Below are positions 22,077 through 31,802 of a DNA stretch of 64,000 nucleotides, piece by piece. This DNA comes from Natrialbaceae archaeon (GTDB lineage Archaea > Halobacteriota > Halobacteria > Halobacteriales > Natrialbaceae). Positions within the stretch are counted from its first letter, which is position 1, and every line of letters starts with the position of its first letter. The stretch lies in NCBI GenBank assembly GCA_003559215.1, contig PWMF01000164.1:11500-75499 (forward strand), in the 5' to 3' direction. Made by a program: the position numbers and the translations under genes. The notes under the pieces were generated by a model. It worked only from the letters and a program-made list of their open reading frames with translations. It had not been told where the DNA came from and did not search any database.

Positions 22077-23942
22077 ATGGCTACCACGGAGACGAAGGTC
22101 ACCCGGTTGTTCGGAGGACCGGGGAGCGGGAAGACGACCGCGCTGCTCGATCACGTCGAAGAGATCCTCGAGCAGGATGGGGTTACGTTCCGAGATATTC
22201 TTGTCGTTTCGTACACTCGAGCGGCCGCACAGGAGGTTCGCGAACGGCTGGCCGAGCGCCTCGACGAGAGCCCGCGTGCGCTGCAGGGCAACGTCTGTAC
22301 GATGCACGCGAAGGCCTACGAGCTGCTGGATCTCTCTCGAAGCGACGTCATCGGCGAGTCCGACAAGGAGGAGTTCTGCGACGAGTACGGCATCGAGTAC
22401 GAGGACGAGTACTCGGGCGCGGGCCGTCGCACCGCCCGGTCGACGACGATCGGGAACAAAGTCATCGCCACCAGCCAGTGGCTCCAGCGGACCAGCCGTG
22501 AGGTTTCCGACTGGTACGACGTCCCCTTCCAGTGGGACGACGAGGAGGTTCGGCTGCCGCCGGAGATCGACGATCGCGCCCAGGAGGGCAACAAGTACAC
22601 GCCGACCTGGCCCTCCGACGACGACCGGATCGACGTCCCCGAGGCGATCCGGGCCTGGCGCAGCTACAAGGGCGAGCAGGGCAAGATCGGCTTCGCCGAC
22701 ATGCTCGAGCGTGTCAAGCAGCGCTCGCTGCTACCGAACGTCGACTACCTGGTGATCGACGAGTTCCAGGACATCACCACGCTCCAGTACGACGTCTACA
22801 ACGAGTGGAAACCCCACATGGAGCAGGTCCTGATCTCCGGCGACGACGACCAGGTCGTCTACTCCTGGCAGGGCGCCGACCCCGCCCTGCTGCTCGAGGA
22901 GGGAGTCGACGAGGACGTCATCCTGCCCAACTCCTACCGACTTCCCTCGAACGTCCTCAACGCGGTCAACAAGGAGATCCGCCACATCGACCAGCGCCAG
23001 GATAAGGACCTCAAACCCCGCAAAGAGGGCGGCTCGGTCGAGGCTCGCGCGAACGCTTCGATGCTCGACGTCGTTCGGATGGTCCGGCGCACGCTCGTCG
23101 AGGGCGACGGGACGATCATGCTGCTGTTTCGCGCCCGGTACCAGATGTTCCAGTTCATCGACGAGTTCATCACCGAGGGGGTGCCGTTCCGCTCGCTGAC
23201 CGACCAGCGGATGTGGACCGATCGGCTCACCCAGTACGTCCGCGCCGTCGAGGCGATCGACCGCGGTGACGACGTCAACGGGCTCCAGGCCCGCCGGCTC
23301 GCCGACATGCTTCAGGACTCGGCGTTCGGCACCAACGAGCGCGACGCCCTCTTCGACGAGATCGACGAGCGCCAGGAAGAAGCCGACGTCGAGGACTTAG
23401 AGGAGCTCACCGTTCCAGCCGGCGTGATCGAGGACCACGCCCCGTTCATGCCCGGTCCCGCCTCGGCCGGCGACATGGTCCGGAAGGTCACCAACTTCCA
23501 GAAAAAGAGCATCCGCTCGTACTTCAACATCGGCGAGTATCAGGGGATGGACACCGACCGCGTTCGCGTCGGCACCATCCACTCCGCGAAGGGACGTGAG
23601 GCCGACCACGTCTTCGTCGGGACCGACCTCACCGAGAAGGTCGTCGAGCAGATGGTCGCGACCGTCGACGATCCGACCGATATCCCCGGTTGCGAGGAGT
23701 TCACCAAGACGACCTCGCCCGTGCCCGTGCTGACGGACAACGAACGCCGCGTCTTCTACGTCGGCATGTCCCGGGCCCGCGAGCGACTGTACATCCTCGA
23801 GAACCTCGTCGACGGCGCACCGACGCTGCCGATCGACGTCCTGCTCACCAACCAGCTGACCGATCTGACCCTCGAGGAGCTGCTCGAGCAGGCACAGGCA
23901 CCCGACGGCGAGGCGGAGGAACTCGAAGCCGAAGCGCCGTGA
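22077..23942 (+). CDS. uvrD: UvrD/REP-like superfamily 1 helicase
   Basis: GGPGSGKT, DEFQD, GDDDQ, NSYR, TIHSAKGREA, ERRVFYVGMSRAR. Confidence 0.88.
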   Translation: MATTETKVTRLFGGPGSGKTTALLDHVEEILEQDGVTFRDILVVSYTRAAAQEVRERLAERLDESPRALQGNVCTMHAKAYELLDLSRSDVIGESDKEEFCDEYGIEYEDEYSGAGRRTARSTTIGNKVIATSQWLQRTSREVSDWYDVPFQWDDEEVRLPPEIDDRAQEGNKYTPTWPSDDDRIDVPEAIRAWRSYKGEQGKIGFADMLERVKQRSLLPNVDYLVIDEFQDITTLQYDVYNEWKPHMEQVLISGDDDQVVYSWQGADPALLLEEGVDEDVILPNSYRLPSNVLNAVNKEIRHIDQRQDKDLKPRKEGGSVEARANASMLDVVRMVRRTLVEGDGTIMLLFRARYQMFQFIDEFITEGVPFRSLTDQRMWTDRLTQYVRAVEAIDRGDDVNGLQARRLADMLQDSAFGTNERDALFDEIDERQEEADVEDLEELTVPAGVIEDHAPFMPGPASAGDMVRKVTNFQKKSIRSYFNIGEYQGMDTDRVRVGTIHSAKGREADHVFVGTDLTEKVVEQMVATVDDPTDIPGCEEFTKTTSPVPVLTDNERRVFYVGMSRARERLYILENLVDGAPTLPIDVLLTNQLTDLTLEELLEQAQAPDGEAEELEAEAP

Positions 23943-24982
23943 CCGGCGACGCGCCCGTCGAGTCCGCCCTGCGTGCGGCCCTCGAGCGCGAGGGAGCGAG
24001 TGCCTTTGTCCACGCCGGCCCCGCTTGCGATCCGGCGATACGGTACTGTCGACCCGAACTCGAGCGAGAGTCCGAACGGAATCGCCGCGCCGTCGCGTTC
24101 GACGGCCGCGAGTGGCGGGTTCGCTCGGCGTCCGGCGCCGAAACCAACCCGGCCAGCGAGTTGGCCGACGGGCTCGCCGCCGACGGTCTCGAAGGAGCCG
24201 TGCTGACCCCGTCCCGGATTCCTCACGACGCCGCGCTCTACCTCGAGAACGCCGGCTTCACGCTCTCCTCGACCGACGCCGTCGAACGGTCCAGAGCGAC
24301 GAAGACGGCCGGCGAACGCGAGCGGATCGAGACCGCCCAGGCCGCCGCGGGGGCCGGAATTCGGCGCGGAGCCTCGCTGGTCGCGAGCGCCGACGCCGTC
24401 GAGGGACGACTCGCCATCGATGGTGAGCCCCTGACCGCCGAGCGACTCCGGACCACGATCGACGAGGGGATCGTCGCCGCGGGCGGGTTCCCGGACGGCA
24501 ACACCGCGGTCTCGGTCGGCGGCGGTCCGGTTCGATCGGGAGTTCCGATCGTCCTCGAGACCGCACCGCGGGAGCCGTCGGGGTACTACGGCGGGCTCGC
24601 CCGGACGGTCGTTCGCGACGGTGACGGCGGCGATGAGCGACGCGCTCACGTCGGCGTCACGCGTGCGTTTCGCTCGGCCGCGTCGATGCTCACGGCCGAC
24701 GTCCAGTCGGTGACCGCCGTCGAGGCCGACCTCGAGGCCGAGGTGCGGGCGTTCGGATTCGAGGACGAAATCCGCACCCACGTCGTCGGCGTCGGCCTCG
24801 AGCCCGCGGAACGCCCGAACCGCGGACGCCAAGAGATCGGTGAGGGAGCCGTCGTCCGACTCGACGTCGGGGTCGAAATCGAGGACGGCCGAATCCGACT
24901 GACGGAACTGCTCGCGGTCGGCGAGTCGGTCGACTGGCTCGAGTCGATCCCGCGGTCGCTCGATCCGGCGGCGCTCGAGTGA
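23939..24982 (+). CDS. M24 peptidase-fold protein, metal ligands degenerate
   Basis: RATKTAGERERI, GYYGGLARTV, GVGLE; GTGA overlap with the helicase stop. Confidence 0.75.
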   Translation: MTGDAPVESALRAALEREGASAFVHAGPACDPAIRYCRPELERESERNRRAVAFDGREWRVRSASGAETNPASELADGLAADGLEGAVLTPSRIPHDAALYLENAGFTLSSTDAVERSRATKTAGERERIETAQAAAGAGIRRGASLVASADAVEGRLAIDGEPLTAERLRTTIDEGIVAAGGFPDGNTAVSVGGGPVRSGVPIVLETAPREPSGYYGGLARTVVRDGDGGDERRAHVGVTRAFRSAASMLTADVQSVTAVEADLEAEVRAFGFEDEIRTHVVGVGLEPAERPNRGRQEIGEGAVVRLDVGVEIEDGRIRLTELLAVGESVDWLESIPRSLDPAALE

Positions 24983-25094
24983 AGCGAGCGATTTCCGGTA
25001 CAACTCCCCACATATATATCCAGGGGTTGCACACGCAGCCGTTCCCAACGTGTATAGTAATCGGTCTTATTGAGGCGTCTCGAGAAACTATCGC

Positions 25095-25538
25095 ATGAGA
25101 ACCGTGACTCCGTCCAAGCCAACCAACATTCTTCTCGTCGAGGACAATCCCGGCGACGCGGCGCTGATCAGCGACGCGTTCGACCAGGTTGCCGACGACG
25201 TTCGAGTCCACACCGTTTCTGACGGCGCCGAGGCGATGAGCTATCTCTCCGATCACCGCGAAACCGGCTCGTTCCCCGATCTCCTGTTGCTCGATCTCAA
25301 CGTGCCGCGAGTACACGGGCTCGACCTGCTCGAGAGCCTCCAGGAGGAGTCCGAACTGACCACGCTCCCGGTGATCGTGCTGACCTACTCCGAAGACGAA
25401 TCCGATATCGCCGAGAGCTACGATCGACGCGCGAACGCCTATCTCACGAAGCCAAACGACCACGACGAGTACGTCTCGCTCGCTCGAGCCGTCGACGAGT
25501 TCTGGGTCAGAACGGCCCAGCTGCCGACGGCGGCGTAG
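25095..25538 (+). CDS. Single-domain response regulator (Rcp-like receiver)
   Basis: ILLVEDNPGD, LLLDLNVP, PVIVLT, ANAYLTKP. Confidence 0.92.
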   Translation: MRTVTPSKPTNILLVEDNPGDAALISDAFDQVADDVRVHTVSDGAEAMSYLSDHRETGSFPDLLLLDLNVPRVHGLDLLESLQEESELTTLPVIVLTYSEDESDIAESYDRRANAYLTKPNDHDEYVSLARAVDEFWVRTAQLPTAA

Positions 25539-25592
25539 GCGGTTTCGTTCGGACGGAGTCACTCGACACGCCTCGAAAAGTCCGATCACCGA

Positions 25593-25841
25593 TCACCGAT
25601 CGTCGGCGTCGTCTGGATCCTTGCGTACCGTTCCGATCATCCGTTTTGCGACGGCGGCGGGAACGTCCGAGGGAAGGGTAAGTCGCTGCTGGACGAGCAC
25701 GAGCCCGATCGCGAGACCGATCAACACCACGCCAACGGCCGTCTCGCCGCGGATCAGGAGGAACTCGAGTCCGGCGAGCGCGGCCGGCAGCGCGAGCACG
25801 AGGGTGCCCGCCAGCTTGATCGTATCGATGATTCCGGCCAT
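25593..25841 (-). CDS. Small 2-TM hypothetical protein
   Basis: MAGIIDTIKLAGTLVLALPAAL..., hydrophobic. Confidence 0.75.
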   Translation of the reverse strand: MAGIIDTIKLAGTLVLALPAALAGLEFLLIRGETAVGVVLIGLAIGLVLVQQRLTLPSDVPAAVAKRMIGTVRKDPDDADDR

Positions 25842-25954
25842 CGACGCCGGCTACGAAGGGGGCGGTCAAAAGCGCGGCGGCTACCGATCCGTCACGGAAC
25901 TGGAACGCATCCGCGTTCCGGAGCGGTTTTATCCGTCGGCTCGCACCTTCGGAT

Positions 25955-26557
25955 ATGTTCACGGGAATCGTCGAGGAGACCGGGACGATCGACACTCGCT
26001 CCCGGACCGAGGACGGGCTCCGGCTCCGGATCGGCGCCGACGAGGTCGCAACAGGGCTCGAGCACGGCCAGAGCATCAGCGTCAGCGGGGTCTGTCTCAC
26101 GGTCGAGCGCTTCGAGGACGGCGCGTGGTTCGAGGTCTTTCTCGCGAGCGAGACGGTCGAGCGGACGTATCTGGGCGGCCTCGAGGAGGGCGAGACGGTC
26201 AACGTAGAGCGGGCGATGCCAGCGGACGGCCGGTTCGACGGCCACGTCGTCCAGGGTCACGTCGACGCGGTGGCGACGGTTTCGAGCATCGAAGCGGTCG
26301 ACGAGGACTGGTACTTCGAGTTTGAGTTACCGGCGGGCTACGAACGCTACGTCGTCGAGAAGGGGTCGATCACGCTCGACGGAATCAGCCTCACCGTTGC
26401 GGATCTCGCCGACGACGGAAACGTTACCGTCGCCATCATTCCCACGACGTACGAGCTGACGACTCTCTCCGAGAAGGACGTCGGCGATCCGGTCCACCTC
26501 GAGGTCGACGTCCTCGCGAAGTACGTCGAACGGCTGCTCGAGGCGCGCTTCGAGTAG
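25955..26557 (+). CDS. ribE: Riboflavin synthase (alpha-chain type)
   Basis: MFTGIVEE, SISVSGVCLT, GHVVQGHVD, KGSITLDGISLT. Confidence 0.96.
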   Translation: MFTGIVEETGTIDTRSRTEDGLRLRIGADEVATGLEHGQSISVSGVCLTVERFEDGAWFEVFLASETVERTYLGGLEEGETVNVERAMPADGRFDGHVVQGHVDAVATVSSIEAVDEDWYFEFELPAGYERYVVEKGSITLDGISLTVADLADDGNVTVAIIPTTYELTTLSEKDVGDPVHLEVDVLAKYVERLLEARFE

Positions 26558-26641
26558 GTCAGACGGACTGTTGTACGTCATTGACGGTGCAGCCGCGACC
26601 CGTTCTGCGGTTGCACTGGCAAACCGTTACAGCAGACCGTC

Positions 26642-27655
26642 TCAACGCTGGCGGATCGGAGGGTCGAACTCGGTCCGCTCCGGCGACGGCGCGTCGCCGG
26701 TGTCGCCTCGAATCTCCCGGTAGGTTCGCCGGTAGCGGGCGATCTTCCGGTAGAGGTAGTAGCCGATCGCGAGGTCGAAGACGATCACGTACGCGACGAA
26801 CGCGACGCCGAACCCGATCGGGTACAGCGAGGTGAGGATCTCGGGGACGATCCCGACGGTGGTGTTGTAGGTGGCGTGGACGAACGCGGCGATCAGCAGT
26901 CCCTTGACGACGATGGGGCCGGCGTACTCGCGGTTGAACTTCGCCAGCCCGAGGTAGTAGCCAGCGATCGCGGAGTAGATGACGTGACCGGGGCCGACCA
27001 GCGCCCGCTGGGTCGCGATGTCGGTCGCCGCGGCGAGGGTTCCGACCTGGGCCTCCGCGACCGTGCCCGCGACGTAGATCGTGTTCTCGATGGCGGCGAA
27101 GCCGAGTCCGGCGATCGCTCCGTACACTGCGCCGTCGATAACGGCGTCGAACGTGTCGCTGCGGTACGCAAAGACCCGGACCGCGAGGAGCTTGACCGTC
27201 TCCTCGACGGGGCCGACGATCAGGAAGAAGAAGAAGATCGTGCCGAGCGCGCCGAACAGCTCGAAGTACGGCCTCGTCACCGAGTTGACGATGGCCGCGA
27301 ACGTCGCGAAGAGGACCGCGAGGATAAACGTCGCGACCAGCAGCCCCAGCGGCTCGTTCGTCGTGATATCGGAGTACCAGATGAACGCCGCCAGCAGGGC
27401 CGCCGGGACGACCGAGAGCCCGAAGAAGAGCGCGAGCCACGGATCCTCGAGTACGAGCAGGCCGGGCTGGACGAGCAGAAAGGCGGTGATCGCGAGGGTG
27501 ACCCCGATGATGATCGCGTGGAGCCCGTAGGCGATCCCGTTGTACGTCGCGACCGAGAGCCGGTCGAGGGCGTTCCGCGGCTCCCACGTCGAGACGTCCT
27601 GGAGGTCCGTCGACTCGTCGCTGGCCCGTTCGACCGGGTCGCGCCGTCGTTTCAT
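26642..27655 (-). CDS. PrsW family intramembrane metalloprotease
   Basis: VEETVK, GLGFAAIEN, GHVIYS, HATYN. Confidence 0.92.
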   Translation of the reverse strand: MKRRRDPVERASDESTDLQDVSTWEPRNALDRLSVATYNGIAYGLHAIIIGVTLAITAFLLVQPGLLVLEDPWLALFFGLSVVPAALLAAFIWYSDITTNEPLGLLVATFILAVLFATFAAIVNSVTRPYFELFGALGTIFFFFLIVGPVEETVKLLAVRVFAYRSDTFDAVIDGAVYGAIAGLGFAAIENTIYVAGTVAEAQVGTLAAATDIATQRALVGPGHVIYSAIAGYYLGLAKFNREYAGPIVVKGLLIAAFVHATYNTTVGIVPEILTSLYPIGFGVAFVAYVIVFDLAIGYYLYRKIARYRRTYREIRGDTGDAPSPERTEFDPPIRQR

Positions 27656-27792
27656 GCGACGGGCTACTCTGCCCTGGCCGGTAATAGTTCGGTACGCCGA
27701 ACCCCGGGCCGGCACGTCCTAGTATGATATTACATCTCATGATCAGTATTAGGATCGGGCTTATGTGTACTCGATCGTGAGAACGGATCAGG

Positions 27793-27954
27793 ATGTACAA
27801 CGCGAGTCGCGGTATCCACTACACCGCCCCACCGGGTCCCGAAGACGAGAACGAGTCCGAGTCGACGCCCGCGGAGGCGGCCGAGCCGGAGACGCCTGCG
27901 AGCGCCGACGACGCCTCGTCGCCGGCCGAAACCGGCCTCGCCGCCGACGACTGA
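27793..27954 (+). CDS. Candidate 53-aa acidic low-complexity microprotein
   Basis: Own translation MYNASRGIHYTAPPGPEDENESESTPAEAAEPETPASADDASSPAETGLAADD; TTATGTG upstream. Confidence 0.5.
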   Translation: MYNASRGIHYTAPPGPEDENESESTPAEAAEPETPASADDASSPAETGLAADD

Positions 27955-28002
27955 CGAATCGAACTCGGAATCCACAAGAGGATTCCGTGCTAGCGTCTCG
28001 AC

Positions 28003-28380
28003 ATGCACTTCGATCAGCGAACGCAGCGGGCGCTTCGCGAGGTCGGCCTCGGGACCGACGAGCTCCGGGCCGCCTCGGAGGCGGTCGTCGAGGCTGTCGA
28101 GGAGGACGCCGACGCGCTCGAGGTCTTTTTCGACGCCCACGAAACGGTGTACTCGGACATGGAGATGGTTCACTCGAGCGCCGACTACCCCGAGCACGCC
28201 GTCGGGGATCTCGATCTGACGACCCACGCCGACGAGATGCGGGGCTGGCTCCGCTTCGACACGTGGGGGGTCTACGTCGAGGACGGGCGCGTGCTGTCGG
28301 ACGGCTCCGTCGAGCTGACGCTGGGGCCGACGATCCACGACCGGGTCCGGTTTGCACCCGACCGCGAGACGCTGCGGTGA
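28003..28380 (+). CDS. Haloarchaeal hypothetical protein
   Basis: 125-aa acidic ORF upstream of FAU-1. Confidence 0.8.
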   Translation: MHFDQRTQRALREVGLGTDELRAASEAVVEAVEEDADALEVFFDAHETVYSDMEMVHSSADYPEHAVGDLDLTTHADEMRGWLRFDTWGVYVEDGRVLSDGSVELTLGPTIHDRVRFAPDRETLR

Positions 28381-28423
28381 TCGCCGTGTCGGCGACCGAA
28401 CCACCGCTTGCGGAGGGTCCACG

Positions 28424-29857
28424 ATGACGACCGCTCGAGTGCGGGGGATCTACACGACGGCGCTGACGCAGCTGCTGAACGACGACGGGCTTGAGGTCGT
28501 TCAGGCCTCCGACCCGATCCGCGAGCGCTTCGAGGCGGAGTCGTTCGCGGCCGCGCCCGCCGACGTCTCGCTCGAGACGACCCGCGACCGCCAGGGTATC
28601 GAGGTCTCGGGCGCGTCGGAGTCGGTCGCGGCGGCCGTCTCTCGGCTCGAAGCGCTCGCTATCGATACGTTTTGCTGGGACGACGACACCCCCCGCGGCG
28701 CGGTCTTCGACGCCGAAGTGCTCGAGGCGGAGGGCGGGGGCGGCGCCGTCGTCGACCTCGGCGAGGGCCGCCGGGGGTATCTCGAGTACGACGACGTCGA
28801 CGGCTACGTCGATTCGGGAAACCGCTACCGCGTGCAGGTCCGGGAGCCGACGCCGCCGTGGGACGACGACCACCCCCGCGTCGCGCCGGGGCTCGAGGCC
28901 GCGGGCGGGCTCTGTACGCTCTCGCGGGATCGAAGCGGCGTCTCCGCGAGTCTTCGCGGGGAACGGGCCGAGGAACTGGTCGGGATGACGGACCTCCTCT
29001 CGGTCGACGTCCCCGAGGGCTGGGGACTGCGCTGGCACCGTCCGGCCGCCGAGGCGGATCTCGAGGCGATGGAACGGGCCCTCGAGGACGCCGTCGACCG
29101 CGCCCGCGGGCTCGAGGACGAACTCGTCGACGCACCCGAGGAACCCGGATCGCCGGATCGACTGGCGGCGCCCGAAGAAACCCGCTGGCTCTGGTTCGGC
29201 CGCGACTCTCGCTTCGCGCTCGACGAGCACCGACGCGAGGTCGAGTCGACGATGCCGGGCCACCACCGGACCAAGGCCGCAGACAGGGCCGCGAGCGCCG
29301 CGGTCGACTTCGCAGAGGCGGTCTGCGGGTCGACCGACGGCAGCTTCGCGAGCGAGTTCCCGTTCGACGCCGTCTCCCGCCAGTTCGGCCCGCTCGAGGG
29401 AGACCGCCTCGAGATCGGCCACGGGAAACCCGACGGCCGCCTGATCTCGCTGGGTTACGGCAACGTGACCGAGTGGGATCCCGAAGGGACGATCACGCTC
29501 GAGCGCTCGATGCGCGGCGGCGGCACGTACGACGCCCTCGGCGTTTCCAAGGAAGCGGGCGACGTCGCGGTGACGAAGTTCCGCGAGGGTCGGTGGTGGT
29601 ATCCGACGACCTACAGGGATAGCGAGGGGGCGTCGAAGGGGACCTACGTCAACGTCTGTACGCCCCTCGAGTTGTTCCCGGACTGTGTGCGGTACGTCGA
29701 CCTCTACGTCGACGTGATCCGCACGCCCGACGGCGCGGTCGAGATCGTCGATCGCGGGGAGCTCGAGGACGCGATGGACGACGGCCTCGTCGCGACGCCG
29801 CTGGGGGAGAAGGCACTCGAGGTCGCCGAGGCCGTCGAGCGCGCGCTCTCGAAGTGA
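28424..29857 (+). CDS. fau-1: FAU-1-like RNA-binding protein / ribonuclease (DUF402 domain)
   Basis: VRGIYTTALT, GHH, GTYDALG, GTYVNVCTP.E...YVDLYVDV. Confidence 0.88.
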   Translation: MTTARVRGIYTTALTQLLNDDGLEVVQASDPIRERFEAESFAAAPADVSLETTRDRQGIEVSGASESVAAAVSRLEALAIDTFCWDDDTPRGAVFDAEVLEAEGGGGAVVDLGEGRRGYLEYDDVDGYVDSGNRYRVQVREPTPPWDDDHPRVAPGLEAAGGLCTLSRDRSGVSASLRGERAEELVGMTDLLSVDVPEGWGLRWHRPAAEADLEAMERALEDAVDRARGLEDELVDAPEEPGSPDRLAAPEETRWLWFGRDSRFALDEHRREVESTMPGHHRTKAADRAASAAVDFAEAVCGSTDGSFASEFPFDAVSRQFGPLEGDRLEIGHGKPDGRLISLGYGNVTEWDPEGTITLERSMRGGGTYDALGVSKEAGDVAVTKFREGRWWYPTTYRDSEGASKGTYVNVCTPLELFPDCVRYVDLYVDVIRTPDGAVEIVDRGELEDAMDDGLVATPLGEKALEVAEAVERALSK

Positions 29858-29921
29858 TTGCAAGGTGGCGGTCGGCGGGACGACGCGGATCGTTTGGCGA
29901 GGGGATCGCGTCCGCAGGTAG

Positions 29922-30010
29922 AGAACAAAAAGCTGCTTCGGAATGAAGCAGTCTCGTGAGGGGGTGGTGGCATCCAACTCATCACGCCCTCACAGCACCC
30001 CGTGGTGCGT
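29922..30010 (-). ncRNA. Candidate structured small RNA (three hairpins)
   Basis: Minus-strand TATA (TTATATAT, 30039-30032), three adjacent inverted repeats, then TTTTTGTTCTC. Confidence 0.5.
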
Positions 30011-30263
30011 GCGGGAGGTGTCGGGCTCGACATATATAATTACGTGATCAGTCCCCGCTTCGGGTTTCGCGTCGCGGCATGGTTCAGTCGGCCGCGAACC
30101 TCGACACCCCTTCCCCCTCGAGTTCGGCGACGTCGGCATTGTACAACTGGGGGACGTCGATCGAGTCCGTTGTCTCTTCTGCAACCGGGACCGATCGAGG
30201 CACCACCGGGGAGACGAACCGACAACCGAACTCCTATCACCTCCGCGGGCAAAACGGATCTGT

Positions 30264-31163
30264 ATGACAAAGCGGGACGTCTCGCTTCCCGACGAGGCGG
30301 AAGCAGGAATGCGCGAGTTCATCGACGAGGTCGATCGGCGCCTCTCGAGCGACGAGGATACGTGCTCGGTCGTCGAGGACGTGCTGATCGACCTCTCGGG
30401 AGACCGGGAGGCTTACGAGCGCTGGAAGGGTGGCGAGTCGATGACGCCGGCCGAACGGGTCCGACTCCAGAGCTACGATCCGTGTAACACCACCCTGGAG
30501 AGCGAGTACTACGCCGAGAAAGACGAGGAGGCGTTCCGCCGGTCGAAACACATCCAGTGGCTCTGGCGGCAGTTCGACAGCCTGCCGATCGCGGACAACG
30601 TGGAGTTTGCGCTGCGGTTCAGACGGATGCTCGCCGATCACCTCTTCGAGGAGTGTGGCGAGAGCTGTCGGTTCTTCAAGGGCGTGACGTTCACCTACGG
30701 CCACAACATCTCGATCGGGGACAACACTGTCGTTCACGACGACGTCCACCTGGACGACCGCGGGAAGCTGACGATCGGCGACCGCGTCTCGGTCTCCGAC
30801 GGGGTCCACGTCTACAGCCACGACCACGACGTCGTCGACCAGACCGAGGTCCGCAACTACCACACGATCGTCGAGAACGACGTCCGGCTGACCTACGACT
30901 CGATGGTCCGCGCCGGCTGCAAGGTCGGCGAGAACGCCATCATCGGCGCGCGGGGGATCGTTCAACACGACATCCCCGCGCACCACATCGCTATTGGCAT
31001 GCCGGCCAAGAGCGTCAAGATCAAACCCGGCTGGGAGGACGCCGCCACCCCGATCGAAGAGGCCGGCGTCAACCGTCAGGAACAGCGCCACCTCGAGTAC
31101 GATCTCCCCGCGGATCTCGAGGTCTTCGACGAGTTTCAGCGCGATCTCCGCCCACCGCAGTAG
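30264..31163 (+). CDS. Hexapeptide-repeat (LbH) acyltransferase
   Basis: ISIGDNTVVH, LTIGDRVSVS, KVGENAIIGA, IGMPAK. Confidence 0.9.
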   Translation: MTKRDVSLPDEAEAGMREFIDEVDRRLSSDEDTCSVVEDVLIDLSGDREAYERWKGGESMTPAERVRLQSYDPCNTTLESEYYAEKDEEAFRRSKHIQWLWRQFDSLPIADNVEFALRFRRMLADHLFEECGESCRFFKGVTFTYGHNISIGDNTVVHDDVHLDDRGKLTIGDRVSVSDGVHVYSHDHDVVDQTEVRNYHTIVENDVRLTYDSMVRAGCKVGENAIIGARGIVQHDIPAHHIAIGMPAKSVKIKPGWEDAATPIEEAGVNRQEQRHLEYDLPADLEVFDEFQRDLRPPQ

Positions 31164-31281
31164 CCGCGAGATGAGGAGTCGGGCCGAGAACGGAATTGGG
31201 GAGCTCGTTCAGCGACGGACTACTGTCACGGGACGATGAGGGAGGGAATACCCAAGTGCGTTGAGACCGTATCACACGGTG

Positions 31282-31599
31282 ATGGAGCTCTGGGGCTGGC
31301 TCGTCGGCTACGTGGTGCTGTTTGCCCTCCTGCACCTGTTACTGTACTACGTCTACGTCCGCCGCGAGGACGGCGACGGCGTCCAGTCGCCGTCGGTCGC
31401 GGACCCCGGTCGGAGCCAGTCCCGTTCCTCGCCCGGCACCGACCGCTATCCCTCGGCGTCGGACGGCGTCGGCGACCCCGATAACGGCGAAGCCGAGGTT
31501 GACGGGGAGACGATCAGGTGTCCCCACTGCGGCGCCAGAAACGACGCCGATCAGACGTTCACCTACTGCTGGAACTGCGTCTCGGGACTCCGCCAGTAA
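31282..31599 (+). CDS. Membrane-anchored zinc-ribbon protein
   Basis: N-terminal TM helix; CPHCGARN...YCWNC. Confidence 0.8.
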   Translation: MELWGWLVGYVVLFALLHLLLYYVYVRREDGDGVQSPSVADPGRSQSRSSPGTDRYPSASDGVGDPDNGEAEVDGETIRCPHCGARNDADQTFTYCWNCVSGLRQ

Positions 31600-31802
31600 C
31601 GTCTGACTACCGCGCTCGCGACTACTCAACGCCGTGTTGAACGGCCGGAGAACTGTTACGTCGCACCTAACGTCGGCTTGACCCGCCGAACGACTGCAAC
31701 CGTTCCTGGACCCGTCGGAAACGATTTCCTCGCTTTATCCGCGGCGAAACCTATCCTCGAGTCGTTTCGGTGACGGCGCGAAGCGGTCACGAACGATTCG
31801 AT

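Noticed and set aside
27788-29977. Long antisense ORF (729 aa) and similar long Arg/Val-rich ORFs across the window
   Set aside because: Shadow frames of real genes in high-GC DNA; non-acidic composition and no recognisable motifs
30079-30267. 62-aa ORF upstream of the acyltransferase
   Set aside because: Ser/Thr-rich, atypical codon usage, no motif; more likely promoter or intergenic DNA
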